Shown here: one piece after another, positions 21,344-32,800 of the stretch
How positions within the stretch are numbered: the stretch's first letter is position 1
How the letters are laid out: each line of letters starts with the position of its first letter
Assembly (NCBI GenBank): GCA_937625935.1
Contig: OW569346.1
Span: forward strand, 310,001 to 374,000
Source: Tetramitus jugosus
Lineage: Eukaryota; Protista; Heterolobosea
Direction: 5' to 3'
DNA length: 64,000 nt
Program-made: the position numbers and the translations under genes
The notes under the pieces: generated by a model
Databases searched by the model: none
Told to the model about the DNA's origin: nothing
The model's input: only the letters and a program-made list of their open reading frames with translations

Positions 21344-22942
21344 TTATCGCTTGATCAGTGACAGCAATAGATGCAAGAGTGGGAAAACCCTGAGGAGCAT
21401 TACCCCCAATCTTCGTTCTTTCCAGGCAGCATGTGGATCAAGTAAAATGTCTGGTGTCAGTTCATTTGTTCTTTGTGTGTACTGACTTCTAAAGAATGTT
21501 TTCCAAATCTCACTGATATGATGACAGAAGCCCAACTGGTCCTGCATTAAAATATTCTTGGCAATAAATTCTGCCTCTGATGTGTACAAGCTTCCTGCTC
21601 CATAGCGAACCTGTCCCAGTCCAGAAACATAAAAGTGGGGACGCTTGGGAACGAAAATGTTCTTGATTAGTTTTGGATATCCTGTTTCGTCGTTGCAAAA
21701 TTCAACATGATCCTTCAATAGTGGAATCGAAGTATGAAATCCAGTGCAACAAACAATCATATCAATGTCCAATACTTCTCCTGCCTTCATTTTAATCTTT
21801 CCAGCATCTTGTCCTGTGGCCAAAAACTCCTGGATATCTCCATGGGGTTTAATCTTGCACAGTTTGATGTTCTCGAGTATTGTTGAATTGACAGTTGGAT
21901 GATGCTCAAACAAGTTATGATCCGGCACGGTCAATCCATAATCTGCATAAGATCCAATCACTAGATGAAGAGTACTTTTCATCACGATTCTTTGCAACCA
22001 CAGAGGCATCCAACTCTGACTTAGTTCAACAGTCGGCCTTCCTTTAATACATCGAGGTATGAACCAATATCCTCTACGAATCGATAAGTGACTTTCCTTT
22101 GCAAATCGAGCAGCTTCTGTCGCAATATCACAAGCAGAGTTTCCACCGCCAATTACAAGCACCTTCTTTCCAATCAATTGATCAGGCTTCTTGTACTGTT
22201 TCGAATGGATAATCTGTCCCTTGAATGATTCTTGGTTCAAATAGCTTGGCCATCGCATGTCCCAATGATGACCATTTGCAATAATGACACCTCTATAACG
22301 CTTCTTCAAAGTTTCTCCTGTGGCATGATTGGTCAACTGAACCATGTAATGGAAATCTTGTTTCTTGTTGCCTTGTTGTTCATCAACATTCGTCTGCAGG
22401 TATTGAATGTGGTCCACACTAGTACGGAACATGATGTGTTCTCTAATCTTCATCTCATCACAATACTGATTCAAATATTGAATCATTTGTTGAGCACTGG
22501 GAAAGTCAGGATAGCTCGAAGGCATAGGATAATCCGTGTATTGTGTTGTTCTGCGAGAGGAAATAATGTGTACAGTCTCATAGACACCATTGTACCAATT
22601 TCCGCCAATTTCTTCATTTTTCTCTGCTGCTTCATATGCAATGCCATTTCTAGAGAGGGCACCACAGATGGCCAATCCACAGAATCCACAACCAATGACG
22701 AGAAACTTTTCCTCTGATTCACCTTTTAGTTGTACTTCCTTTGCTTGTTTTTTGATTTCACTTTGCTTGTCGTCGAGATCTTGTTTGTTTCTTGTTAGCT
22801 TTTGGGTGACAGTTGGTTGGAACACTGATGGAGGACACTTGAGAGGATCACTCCAATAAAAGAGTACATCTGTCCAATAAATAAAATAGAGAGCAATGGT
22901 GATGATCGCAAACGCGATTCCGACGTAAAGCAACAAGATCAT
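21344..22942 (-). CDS. Flavin-containing monooxygenase with N-terminal membrane anchor
   Basis: FAD motif GCGFCG, GGNW, FMO fingerprint FKGQIIHSKQYK, NADPH motif GGGNSA. N-terminal hydrophobic helix follows ATG 22942. Confidence 0.92.
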   Translation of the reverse strand: MILLLYVGIAFAIITIALYFIYWTDVLFYWSDPLKCPPSVFQPTVTQKLTRNKQDLDDKQSEIKKQAKEVQLKGESEEKFLVIGCGFCGLAICGALSRNGIAYEAAEKNEEIGGNWYNGVYETVHIISSRRTTQYTDYPMPSSYPDFPSAQQMIQYLNQYCDEMKIREHIMFRTSVDHIQYLQTNVDEQQGNKKQDFHYMVQLTNHATGETLKKRYRGVIIANGHHWDMRWPSYLNQESFKGQIIHSKQYKKPDQLIGKKVLVIGGGNSACDIATEAARFAKESHLSIRRGYWFIPRCIKGRPTVELSQSWMPLWLQRIVMKSTLHLVIGSYADYGLTVPDHNLFEHHPTVNSTILENIKLCKIKPHGDIQEFLATGQDAGKIKMKAGEVLDIDMIVCCTGFHTSIPLLKDHVEFCNDETGYPKLIKNIFVPKRPHFYVSGLGQVRYGAGSLYTSEAEFIAKNILMQDQLGFCHHISEIWKTFFRSQYTQRTNELTPDILLDPHAAWKERRLGVMLLRVFPLLHLLLSLIKR

Positions 22943-23090
22943 TTTTGTTGTGGAGACGGGGGAATTTTTGTTTTGATCCAGAATTCTCTGGAACTGAAAC
23001 TGGTGATTTTCATCTGACTGAGTCTCAAACAAAATACCCACAACAACAACAACCAATCATTATTATCAACTGTGCGAAAGAGAGAGAGAA

Positions 23091-26000
23091 ATGAGTGAGG
23101 ACGACGAAGATTTATTTCAATCTCAACCTCTCGTAGATGAAGATGAAGAAAGTGAACAACAACAATACAATCATCCAAAATCTCAAAGCTTTCAATTCGT
23201 CGGTTCTTCATCCACCAATGCTGCTTCCCAAACCAACAACAACAACAACAACAACAATAAGAAGAAGAACAATAAGAAGAACAAGTCTAGTTACTCTCCC
23301 ATTCAATCACAAACTGATTTCATGGAAGAACAATTTGGTTTCATTCATCATCATGATGATGAAGAGAATGAAGATGATGAAGGCAATGGTGAGAATGATG
23401 GAGAACATGGTTCATCTACTACTACTACTACTACTCAGAGTAGGAAAGGCAAAGAACGGTTATCAGTATCATCCATGTCATCTGTTCTACGATCAAAGAG
23501 ACATGAGAGTGATCAGCGACAACAACAGCAAGAAGTTGATGATGATGATGAAGCTGAACAAGAAGAGTTGTGTATGGCGAGCCAAGCGAGTATTCATTCT
23601 CAATTTCAACAAGATTTTTTCACCATTTTAAATTCGGGTGGATTGAAACTGTACAATCACCAACATGATGACAATGGTGGTAGTGGTGATGAACGTAATA
23701 TTACAAAGAATAAGAAGACAAGGAAGACAATTGTCAAATTACAGAGTGCAATGAAACTGAGAAGGCATTTAGATATGGTTCTGACGAGAGACACTCAAAA
23801 AACGCAAGAATTTGTCTCTGGATTCCAAAATTATATTCAAAACGAACAGAATTTGAAATCATTGTTGTTGCCGTTTGAAACCACGGATCAGAACAACAAC
23901 AATTTTTATTCCACTTCGAATGACACTGTTTGTAAGTTGTTTTTAAATGCAGAGTCACTGCAAATGAACATTGCGTATTGTTTGTTGGAGAAGATGTCTG
24001 AATTGGGACAACAGTACGGTGAGGATGCAGAGTTTTATTCATTGGAAGACAATATACCTCGATTGATTCTGTCTCAGTTCCGGTGGTTGGACATGATCAC
24101 AAATTGTAAGAAATTGGCAGACAAGATTATGGAGGTGATGGAACTGTGTCCTACGTACTTGAAAAAGGAGATTATTACGAGTATTCCGGAGATTGTTGAT
24201 GATTCTGAGCACAGGAAAATTGCAGAACAATTGAAGGATATTATGAATGAACAAGAGTATACGATTTGTGTGTTGGATGCTCTATCGAATCTCAATATTG
24301 AATCTGATACGGATTTACAAAAGGAACTAGAAGAGTTTGTTGTGGATCAACTCCGCTCGGCTCAAGTAGATGATCTTCCTGTCATTATTCGCTATTTATT
24401 ACAGTCCGCAAACGAGGAGAATGCCGAGCGTATTGTCGATAGCATTCGAAATGAATTGGATGTATCATCTCTCGGAGGTGACTTTTCAAGCATGTTTGAC
24501 ATTCTAGGCACCCAGAAACAAAAACAAAAGAAGGCCATTTCTCGACAGAACAAACATGGAGAGGCTCTTATTTTGGATGCGATTCAAACTGGCATCAGAT
24601 ACAAGAAAGTTATTGAGAAATCCTTTGTCTCCTCTATTGAGAAGGCAATTCAACCTCACGAACAAAAAGTTGTTGATTTTTGGGTGCTAATGATAATGTT
24701 TGGTATGGATAATTACTCTGAAGATGCGCTCAAGTTACTCAAGAAGAAGATCAAAGATGGTCTTTATTCGGAGAGCACAATCGAGAACTGCATAACAAAA
24801 CATATTAGTGCGCTCGATAGTTTATTCTCTCACATGATTCGTTTGGCAGGCACTTTATTGCGCAATGCAGTTCCTGTCATTAACAAGTTTGGTCAATCAC
24901 TGTATTATGAACTCTTCGCGAGCCTTGTTACAAGAGATGAAGACAGGGACCACACTGCCAAACAACAAGAAGCTATTAAGAACTTAGTAACACATATTGG
25001 ATCATCCAGCCGGTCTGAAGTAGATGCTGCGTTAGATGTATTTATACGATTAGCTAATGACTTTTTGAAAGAGATGCGTAGTTTGTCAAGCTTCTTCCAT
25101 AGCTTGTTAGATTTTCTGGAAAATTTAAAGACGGACCAGCTGAGGAAAATTTATAGATTCTTCTGTCTGTTGGCATTCGCAAAGGATGTTGATTCTGGAA
25201 GAGCGAATCGGATTCATGACGAACTAATGATCATTGTACGAAAACAAGTGAGCAATGTAAATATCAAATATAAGAAGATGGGTATTATTGCGACATGCCA
25301 GTTATTAGCTACAATAGGAACGATATCTAAGAATGTTAGAATGACACAATCTGCTAATGAGCCACAGTTACTGAGTGCAGATGAAGTTCAAAATGCTAAA
25401 GATGTATTGAATACAACGAGAAATTATTGCTCGAAGGTACCAATATTCAATATATTCTTGTGTGATGAGCTTACGACCGTCGTGCGAGAGTTTCACTTGG
25501 ATCCAAGCTTACTGGAGGATATTGAGACTCATTGTCTCAGCAATATCTCTAATTTTTTGAAACAGAAATCAGATGTTCAGAACTTATCTGTTCCAAGTAA
25601 GTATAACAAGATTAAGACCGAAGCGTGGATGGCTCTCAACGAAAATGAAAGAAGCGCTGTAGACATGTTATCTATTATGCTTAATGATGAATCACATTAC
25701 TATGAGCGGATTTGGAGTTTGTTTGCTCATGTTCGTCTGTATTGTGCTTCATCTGGCATGGATACACCCTCCGACACCTTACTCATGGCTCCCCTCACTC
25801 TCTTCCAAGAGGATGTACTGAGTGATTTCCGATCATGTTCTCTGAAAGAAAAGGAGTTGATATGTATTGGTTTATTCAACGCGATCAATTGGTTACGAGA
25901 GATCATCAATGGTTACGGTGGGATTACTGGTCCACAAATTCGTGGGGCAGTTATTGAAAGACTAAAGCATATCAATATTCTTGAAGAGAAATTGGACACA

Positions 26001-28328
26001 TTACTCGCACAATTCCCCACTTTCTCTCCTCCCACTGTTAACTACCAATTATTAACAGCCGACCAACAGACGGTTGTTGCTACCAAAAAGAAAGTTACAA
26101 CTAAGACAGTGAAACCAAAGACTGCAACGAAAAAGCAGAAAAAGAAGTCGAAAGGATCTGATGAAGAAGAGGAAGTTGAAGAGGATCAAGACATGGATGG
26201 AGAAGAAGTTGGAACAATTGACAAAGGATCTTCTACATATACATCCAGCCTATCGCGCAAAAACCTTGCCTCTTTCAAAAAATATTTGAGAGACTTTGAC
26301 CTATCGGTGATGGATATTATAGCCACAAAGCCTTTCGTAACAGACAATGGTGTAAATATTGCACTTAATTCGCAGGGGCTGTACTATCTACTGATGGATT
26401 TACTCGAGAAGGTGAAAGTTGTGTTTGTAGCAAAAGTCGGTTTTTGGGCGAGCAAGAGTGAGCAATCTCTCACCATTGAACCTACTGTCTTACTTGAAAA
26501 GCTAATTAAGTTATTACCGTTCTTAAAATTCCATATGAACGAACTTATATCAAGAGTAACACGCCCCGACGAAGACTCAATGAGTGACGATGAAGACACT
26601 ATCGTGGGTACAGATGGCCAGTATTTCACTCCCTGCATGCAACTCATATGTGCAACACTCACCCGAGTTTTGCATTATTACAAGAACGACAGAAGTATTT
26701 TGATCAGGATATTGAACGCCTTTGTGTCTGACTCAACATCGGAGGATGAGAACTCGAGTGATGATACTGAAGAGATATTTAAGAGAACATTTGAAATCTT
26801 TTCGAGTATGGAGGAACACATCTACAATGTTGATGCACTAGCAAGCCTGTTCGATGTCATGGTGGCGATTGTGGAGACCTCGTCTCCAGACAAAACACCT
26901 TTGCATCATGCACTTTCATCGGTTGCCACCAAGTTGTTAGATAGGAAATTGAAGCCGAAGAGTGACTTTTTAATGAAGTTGATCAAGGCACGAGTGATTT
27001 GGGCTGGCGAGAATGAGGCTAAAGTTCTCAACAAGTTAATCGGATCTATGAATAGTTTTGCTCAGGATCAAGATATTAGTGATCTTCCTGTGCTCACAAA
27101 ACAGTCCTTCATTGTATTCTTCAAGGCAATCAGTGTTGAGTTAACTGTGCTAATGACACGTGGTATTGATAAGAAGGCGAAAGAACATGAATCAATTAAC
27201 CGCGCACTCGTCAAAATTTGGAGAGCAATCGAACTTGCAATTCGCCTGCTGAATGCCACTGCCGCTTTTAATGCGAAAAAGGTATCGATTCCTTTACTCG
27301 GTGCACTATTGAAGTTCAGCAAGAGATTTTGTGCTGATTTCTTAAAGCTTGCACCTGCATTGGCCAGATGGTTCGGTAAAGAAAAGAAGAATATTCACAA
27401 GGTGGTACAACATTTTACCACAGCCGCTAAGAGTATAACACATGTAGGTTACTGGGAAAAGGTTGAAAAGACTCCCAGTCTCGCAAAGCTTGTACCACTT
27501 ATCAGAAAGGATATTGAGACTTGCTACTTGAAGATTAAGAATTTTTACCAAAAACATGGATCAAAATGGATTGTCAGTGAATTTTCTGCAATGAATGTTG
27601 ATGGAACAAAAGTAAAGGAAACATTTGCACAAGAGGAGTCCGATGAAGAAGAAGAACAATCCGATGAAGAAATTCCAAAGACAACCAAGAAGCGAAAACG
27701 ATCCAAAGTGGTCGAATCAGTTTCAAAGAAGACGACCACAAAAGATACCTCTGATGATGAAGACAATGAAGTTGACGAAGAGCCCAAGAAAAAGAAGAGC
27801 AAACAGAATCAATCATACAAAGATGCCCCACCAAAATCAGTTTCTAAACAAACTGCTCCGCTAACAAAGATAACCAAAGCTCCTTCAACGGAGACAACTG
27901 ATTCCACAACCAGCAAAAAGAAGGCAGATACTCAAAAACCCAAGACATCAAAGCAAACCTCAGTAGTACAATCTGTTGAGTCGGTTCAAATTTTGTCAGA
28001 TGAAGAAGATGACGAGGAACGTATCGAGTTTGAAGATGACGATGTTTCTGATGAGCTGCCTACGAGAAGAGCCAGAGCTCTGAGTCAAGACTTTGACGAC
28101 GACGAAGAGGACGATGAAGATGTTCTCTCTGATTATCGAGCCAGACAAAGAGAAGACGATGAGGACGATGGTGAAGATCTTGCCGATTTTATTGCAGGTG
28201 ATTTCAATGAATTTATTAATGATGAAGTGTCAGAAGATGATGAATACAGCAATGAAGCTGCCAGCGAAGAGGAAGAGGAAGGCACCGACGACGACGAAGA
28301 TAGTCATGCGTTCACCCACTCTTGTTGA
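23091..28328 (+). CDS. FANCD2: Fanconi anemia group D2 protein
   Basis: IPRLILSQFRWLD, EIITSIPEIV, VLDALSNL, DDLPVIIRYLL, DELMIIVRKQVS..KYKKMGII (monoubiquitination Lys equivalent, codon 25242-25244), INWLREIIN. Intronless 1745-aa ORF. Confidence 0.9.
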   Translation: MSEDDEDLFQSQPLVDEDEESEQQQYNHPKSQSFQFVGSSSTNAASQTNNNNNNNNKKKNNKKNKSSYSPIQSQTDFMEEQFGFIHHHDDEENEDDEGNGENDGEHGSSTTTTTTQSRKGKERLSVSSMSSVLRSKRHESDQRQQQQEVDDDDEAEQEELCMASQASIHSQFQQDFFTILNSGGLKLYNHQHDDNGGSGDERNITKNKKTRKTIVKLQSAMKLRRHLDMVLTRDTQKTQEFVSGFQNYIQNEQNLKSLLLPFETTDQNNNNFYSTSNDTVCKLFLNAESLQMNIAYCLLEKMSELGQQYGEDAEFYSLEDNIPRLILSQFRWLDMITNCKKLADKIMEVMELCPTYLKKEIITSIPEIVDDSEHRKIAEQLKDIMNEQEYTICVLDALSNLNIESDTDLQKELEEFVVDQLRSAQVDDLPVIIRYLLQSANEENAERIVDSIRNELDVSSLGGDFSSMFDILGTQKQKQKKAISRQNKHGEALILDAIQTGIRYKKVIEKSFVSSIEKAIQPHEQKVVDFWVLMIMFGMDNYSEDALKLLKKKIKDGLYSESTIENCITKHISALDSLFSHMIRLAGTLLRNAVPVINKFGQSLYYELFASLVTRDEDRDHTAKQQEAIKNLVTHIGSSSRSEVDAALDVFIRLANDFLKEMRSLSSFFHSLLDFLENLKTDQLRKIYRFFCLLAFAKDVDSGRANRIHDELMIIVRKQVSNVNIKYKKMGIIATCQLLATIGTISKNVRMTQSANEPQLLSADEVQNAKDVLNTTRNYCSKVPIFNIFLCDELTTVVREFHLDPSLLEDIETHCLSNISNFLKQKSDVQNLSVPSKYNKIKTEAWMALNENERSAVDMLSIMLNDESHYYERIWSLFAHVRLYCASSGMDTPSDTLLMAPLTLFQEDVLSDFRSCSLKEKELICIGLFNAINWLREIINGYGGITGPQIRGAVIERLKHINILEEKLDTLLAQFPTFSPPTVNYQLLTADQQTVVATKKKVTTKTVKPKTATKKQKKKSKGSDEEEEVEEDQDMDGEEVGTIDKGSSTYTSSLSRKNLASFKKYLRDFDLSVMDIIATKPFVTDNGVNIALNSQGLYYLLMDLLEKVKVVFVAKVGFWASKSEQSLTIEPTVLLEKLIKLLPFLKFHMNELISRVTRPDEDSMSDDEDTIVGTDGQYFTPCMQLICATLTRVLHYYKNDRSILIRILNAFVSDSTSEDENSSDDTEEIFKRTFEIFSSMEEHIYNVDALASLFDVMVAIVETSSPDKTPLHHALSSVATKLLDRKLKPKSDFLMKLIKARVIWAGENEAKVLNKLIGSMNSFAQDQDISDLPVLTKQSFIVFFKAISVELTVLMTRGIDKKAKEHESINRALVKIWRAIELAIRLLNATAAFNAKKVSIPLLGALLKFSKRFCADFLKLAPALARWFGKEKKNIHKVVQHFTTAAKSITHVGYWEKVEKTPSLAKLVPLIRKDIETCYLKIKNFYQKHGSKWIVSEFSAMNVDGTKVKETFAQEESDEEEEQSDEEIPKTTKKRKRSKVVESVSKKTTTKDTSDDEDNEVDEEPKKKKSKQNQSYKDAPPKSVSKQTAPLTKITKAPSTETTDSTTSKKKADTQKPKTSKQTSVVQSVESVQILSDEEDDEERIEFEDDDVSDELPTRRARALSQDFDDDEEDDEDVLSDYRARQREDDEDDGEDLADFIAGDFNEFINDEVSEDDEYSNEAASEEEEEGTDDDEDSHAFTHSC

Positions 28329-28384
28329 TTTGTAAAATAAACAAGAAATATTTATAACTTGAAGACCTGAAGTTGAGAGAGGAC

Positions 28385-29713
28385 TTAGAGTCGATTGCGC
28401 ATCCACTCACCCCTGAGTTGATTGTACAGGTCACGATTCACATTCCCTGGTCTATGATATGGGGTATCACTGTCGATATCATTATTCGTTGAATGAGGCA
28501 TTTGCATCGATGGATATTGTGACTCTCGTTCCATTGCAATCTCAGCATTACCAATCACAGAAAAACTATCATTGTTTTTGTCCTCGTAATCACCGTTATC
28601 TTGATCTTGGAATCCAGTGGAAGATTGTTGGAGAGTCTTCACATGATTCAAATCAGATGCAAATTCACTGTAACTGAACCCAGTTGGCTTCACTAGTTCA
28701 ACATTGAACAAAAGCGTACTTTTATCCTCCATAAGTTCTCCAGTTTGATTTAAGCGCTCCAATTCTTTCACCTTGTCAATCTCCTGACTCAATAGAACTA
28801 GCGAATGGATTACCATTGTATTTTCCTTTCTTTCTTGTTCAAGCTCTTCCTTTGACAATGTTTGCTTTTTGGGAGGATTAACACCAGATTCTCTCGACTT
28901 TTGAATGAAATGTGCCCTCGTGTTCTCAAATGTCTCCCTCGCGAGATCGCTAACCTGACCCAAAAAATCATCAATCTCATTCAAACTTGTTCCTTGCTTG
29001 TTCTTCCCTTTGCCCACATTTTCTCTCACATTTTTACTGCTTGTCCTCCTCTTTTTCTCTGAAAGTAAAAATGACAAAAAACGATTATTGTAAAAACAAA
29101 CATGAGATGGATGGATTCCTTTAAAAAAAATACTTGATAAGAAAAACAAACATTTTGTACCATCATCATTCGCTGAACCGTTATTGCCCTTCTTATCCGT
29201 ATTGCTGTCACTTCTTCGTCGATGCTTCATGAAATAGTCATTCAAGTATTGAAGCGATCCAGATGTAGAGCTATTGGGAAGTGATGAAGGTGTTGCACCA
29301 ACAGAATGACTCGACTCTTGACTTTCTTGATTCGACGTCGAGCTACCACCACCATAGTTATCTTCTACCGTGTGATCATCCCTCTTGCTTCCAAACCCAA
29401 AAAATCCCAACAAGCTATTGCTTCGCTTCCGTGATCCCGCTTCACTTTTCTCCGACTGTAAACGCGAAAACCGATCGGAGGAATTTTCAACGGAAAGATC
29501 TTCTCCACTGCTGTGATCAGACGGTGCAGTGTCCACAGTGTCAATGTCTTCATCAGAGAGTGGCAATTCTTTTCTGTCCAATGTGGGGACAAACAGAGAA
29601 GCTACTTTTTCGAGCATGCTGTCCAAGATGGAAGGAGATTTTTCACCATCACTCTCACCATCACTTTTCTTGTTGTTTGCATGTTGACTGCTCTTACTAC
29701 TCTTGTCGTTCAT
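28385..29713 (-). CDS. Hypothetical S-rich protein, probable in-frame intron 29059-29160
   Basis: ATG 29713 (MNDKSS). The 102-nt GTACAA...TTTCAG segment translates as an out-of-character F/L-rich stretch. Confidence 0.6.
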   Translation of the reverse strand: MNDKSSKSSQHANNKKSDGESDGEKSPSILDSMLEKVASLFVPTLDRKELPLSDEDIDTVDTAPSDHSSGEDLSVENSSDRFSRLQSEKSEAGSRKRSNSLLGFFGFGSKRDDHTVEDNYGGGSSTSNQESQESSHSVGATPSSLPNSSTSGSLQYLNDYFMKHRRRSDSNTDKKGNNGSANDDGTKCLFFLSSIFFKGIHPSHVCFYNNRFLSFLLSEKKRRTSSKNVRENVGKGKNKQGTSLNEIDDFLGQVSDLARETFENTRAHFIQKSRESGVNPPKKQTLSKEELEQERKENTMVIHSLVLLSQEIDKVKELERLNQTGELMEDKSTLLFNVELVKPTGFSYSEFASDLNHVKTLQQSSTGFQDQDNGDYEDKNNDSFSVIGNAEIAMERESQYPSMQMPHSTNNDIDSDTPYHRPGNVNRDLYNQLRGEWMRNRL

Positions 29714-29867
29714 GATGTTGCTTTTTCTCGCTGAGTGCTTCTTGAATTGTTGTTCCGAAAGCTTTCGCAGATCAGGAGAATTTATTTTCTTGTTGGAATT
29801 TATCCGAATACAGTGAAGTTGAAAAACAATAGTGTGACATCTTATTTTATGTATAAGGATGGATTGA

Positions 29868-32800
29868 CTATACACGATGCATGTATGGTACAAGAGGGAA
29901 TAGCAACGAGATTAGCTCCCTGAACTGCTCGTGATCAATGTGCTGCAACAGGGCACCACAACGATCGAAGAACAGCTGGAAGGAAGCAAATTCTTTTCTT
30001 TCCTTCAACTTGAGCATGTTGGTAAAGTAGTTGTTTGAACCATAGTTTCCGGTCAAGTTTGCGTACATGGATGAACGAGCTTGGACGTGAGGCTGTGTAG
30101 TTAACTGCTTGGAACGCGTAATCTCCTCCATGTACACACGTACAGCACGAGATGCAAGACAGGTTGCAGGAGAGATCTTGCACTCCTTCAACTTTTGACT
30201 GTTGTTCGTGGTTGTTAGTCTCTGAGTTAAAGTCTTTGCATACTTTTGACTGAGACAGGTAAGTACATCGTCAAACTTTTGGACGCGCTCACGTACAAAT
30301 GAGTTATTCAAGTCCCAATATTGGCTGTCAATCATCTCCAAAGCAAGGAAATAAACATAAATGATATCGAAATCTTCTCGCGATGGATGTGGAACAAATT
30401 TCAAGATATAGTCCATTGCGTAAATATAGCCATTCGTTACAGCCTCGGAGTTGTTCCCTGATACTTGCAAAGTAACATCAAGTAGCTTGTGAATGAGAAC
30501 AGCGAGAGCCAAAGCAGAGTATGTATCGATACACCTTTCCAATAACAGGTTAAAGGATGAGGAATAAAGAATCATATGAGGGGGTAGCTGTAGAGCATTA
30601 GCAGCAGCGTGACGAGGGTGCTGACTTGTCGAGAGCTTCAACAGCGATCGCACTGTATACTCGAGTACAATTACCTGAGTGTCTAAATGTAGGTCCAGCA
30701 TCAAAATACAACCAAGAATCGTATGTGCTAACTTCTCATTCGCTGAGGTAGCGAAATGAATGATAATGTTCTTGAATTTTTCCAAAAGTGCCTGATGCTT
30801 TTCGCTACGCATTGCAGATGAGGAGCTATCAAATGGACAATCACCAATTGCAAATAGCATGTTCTGAGGTATCACTATACTTGTAACTCCCTTCTCACAT
30901 TCGCGAAGAGTTGAGAGAACATACATGATTAAAGTATTGGATGCAAATTTGATTGCAAGAGGAATCAAACAATGCATTAATACGTTGGACAGTTGTTTTG
31001 AAGTTAGATACCAAGTTCGGTCTTGTCCAGCAGATTTCAGAACGGTGAACATGGTGGACCTAACTTCACTAGCAATGGCCTCAGCAGTGGCTACATGGTT
31101 TAATGACAAAGAGATCTCTGTCATCCAATAAACAATCTTCATATAAGCATCGCTAGGGTCTGTCGGTAGTTTCGATGATACCAACAGCTTAAACAATAAC
31201 CGATCTGAGAAAGCTGCAGCAAAGTCTGATGGAGTAACTCTCTGCCAAACAGGTGTTGGTACTTCATATTGATCAAGCTTTTCAAAGAAAGCACGAATAT
31301 GAGGAGGTAAAATTGAGGAAATATTGAAAAACTCAAGGGCAATATACAATCGAGCAACCTTGCAAATCACAGCTGATGTTGTTTCACTTCTCATCACAAA
31401 ATTCCAGTTCAACTGAGAGATGACATGTGATGCAACCTCTACATTTTGAATGAGCGCATGGAACAACTCATCCAGAACCTCCATGTTGTTAATATGGAAC
31501 ACTGCAGTACTCCAATTCACGTTCTTCATGAATGTAGTTAATGCAGTAATAGAAGCGGGAGGTGCTGTTGCGACATAAGGATACAGCGAACCATTGTACA
31601 AAGTCCACAGTCTGTCGACAAATGCCGGGCAACTCTTGATGACAGCAAAGAGCATACTCAGCATTTGTTGGAAAAGGGAATCTTGCAGTTTGTCAGTCCT
31701 GGTTGACACGAATGCTTCAAAGAAGTTGACAATGCTATTAACAGCATCTGCATGAATATCACATCGATCCATATAAGATGCCAATGCCGTTTGGGTGACA
31801 ATACGATAAACAAAATTGAGGCATCCTTCAGCACATACTCCAGATAGCGGTTGATACTCGTTGATTATGTTGATCCAGGTAATGCATAACTCAATAGAAA
31901 CCTTTGAAAGTTCCTCTTGAGACACAAGAAGGTCAGGCCAGTCATTGCCAGTGTATTCGCCACTCCTACACAGAGTCAGAATCATACGCAAGAAAGAAAC
32001 AGTTTCATATGGGAACGCAAGTCGTGCACAGTTGCGAAGCAATTTGTTTCCAAACATCTTTTGCAAATGTGGCTTGCACAGGGCACTCTTCAGAGTTTTG
32101 AGCAACAATTTGATATCGTCTCGCGAAGTGAAACGTTTTCCCTCGGGATAAGTCTCAAGTTCTCTAAAGAATTCTACCAAATCAAAACGACTACACAAAT
32201 ATCCCACTTCTTCCAATGATAGTTTAGTGTCAGTTTCAGCAACAATGCTCATCAAGAGAGCAAACTCCTCTCTTCTACCACATCGTAGCAAAATATTGGG
32301 CTCAAACATGCTAAACAACAACATTCGCTCAGAGTTCAGTCCTGCATTGCCGACGTGAGACTGGTTCATGCGCTGATGTGATACCTGATAATTTGGAGGT
32401 TGCGGTGATTGTATTGGCTGCATGGGAGTAGTTGGCCTTAGAGATTGTTGGGTTGTCTGGGCATAATTAGGTGGGGGTGAATAAGTTGTAACACTCGGTC
32501 TAGGTTGTAAGGCATTGATCACTGGTTTGACTACGTTTGCGATTGCAGAGACAATTTGTTGTTGAAAGTCTCGCTTTGGTTGAACAACCATTACTGGTAA
32601 TGTCGTAGTCGGAAGAGCGGGAGCACTAATGAGCAAGTCCAACAGTGGTTGCTGTACATCAGGCACCTTAGTGACGCATGATCTTCCAATTGCTGCGAGA
32701 TTTTTAGCATAATAAGACCATATTGCTCCTAATTTCTGAGCTGTGTTCATATCCAACATATCAGATAGTAGTTCGAACACAACGACTCGACCCAAGTGCT

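Noticed and set aside
28160-28180. DDGE as the FANCD2 C-terminal EDGE motif
   Set aside because: It lies in a D/E-rich tail where such a match is expected by chance.
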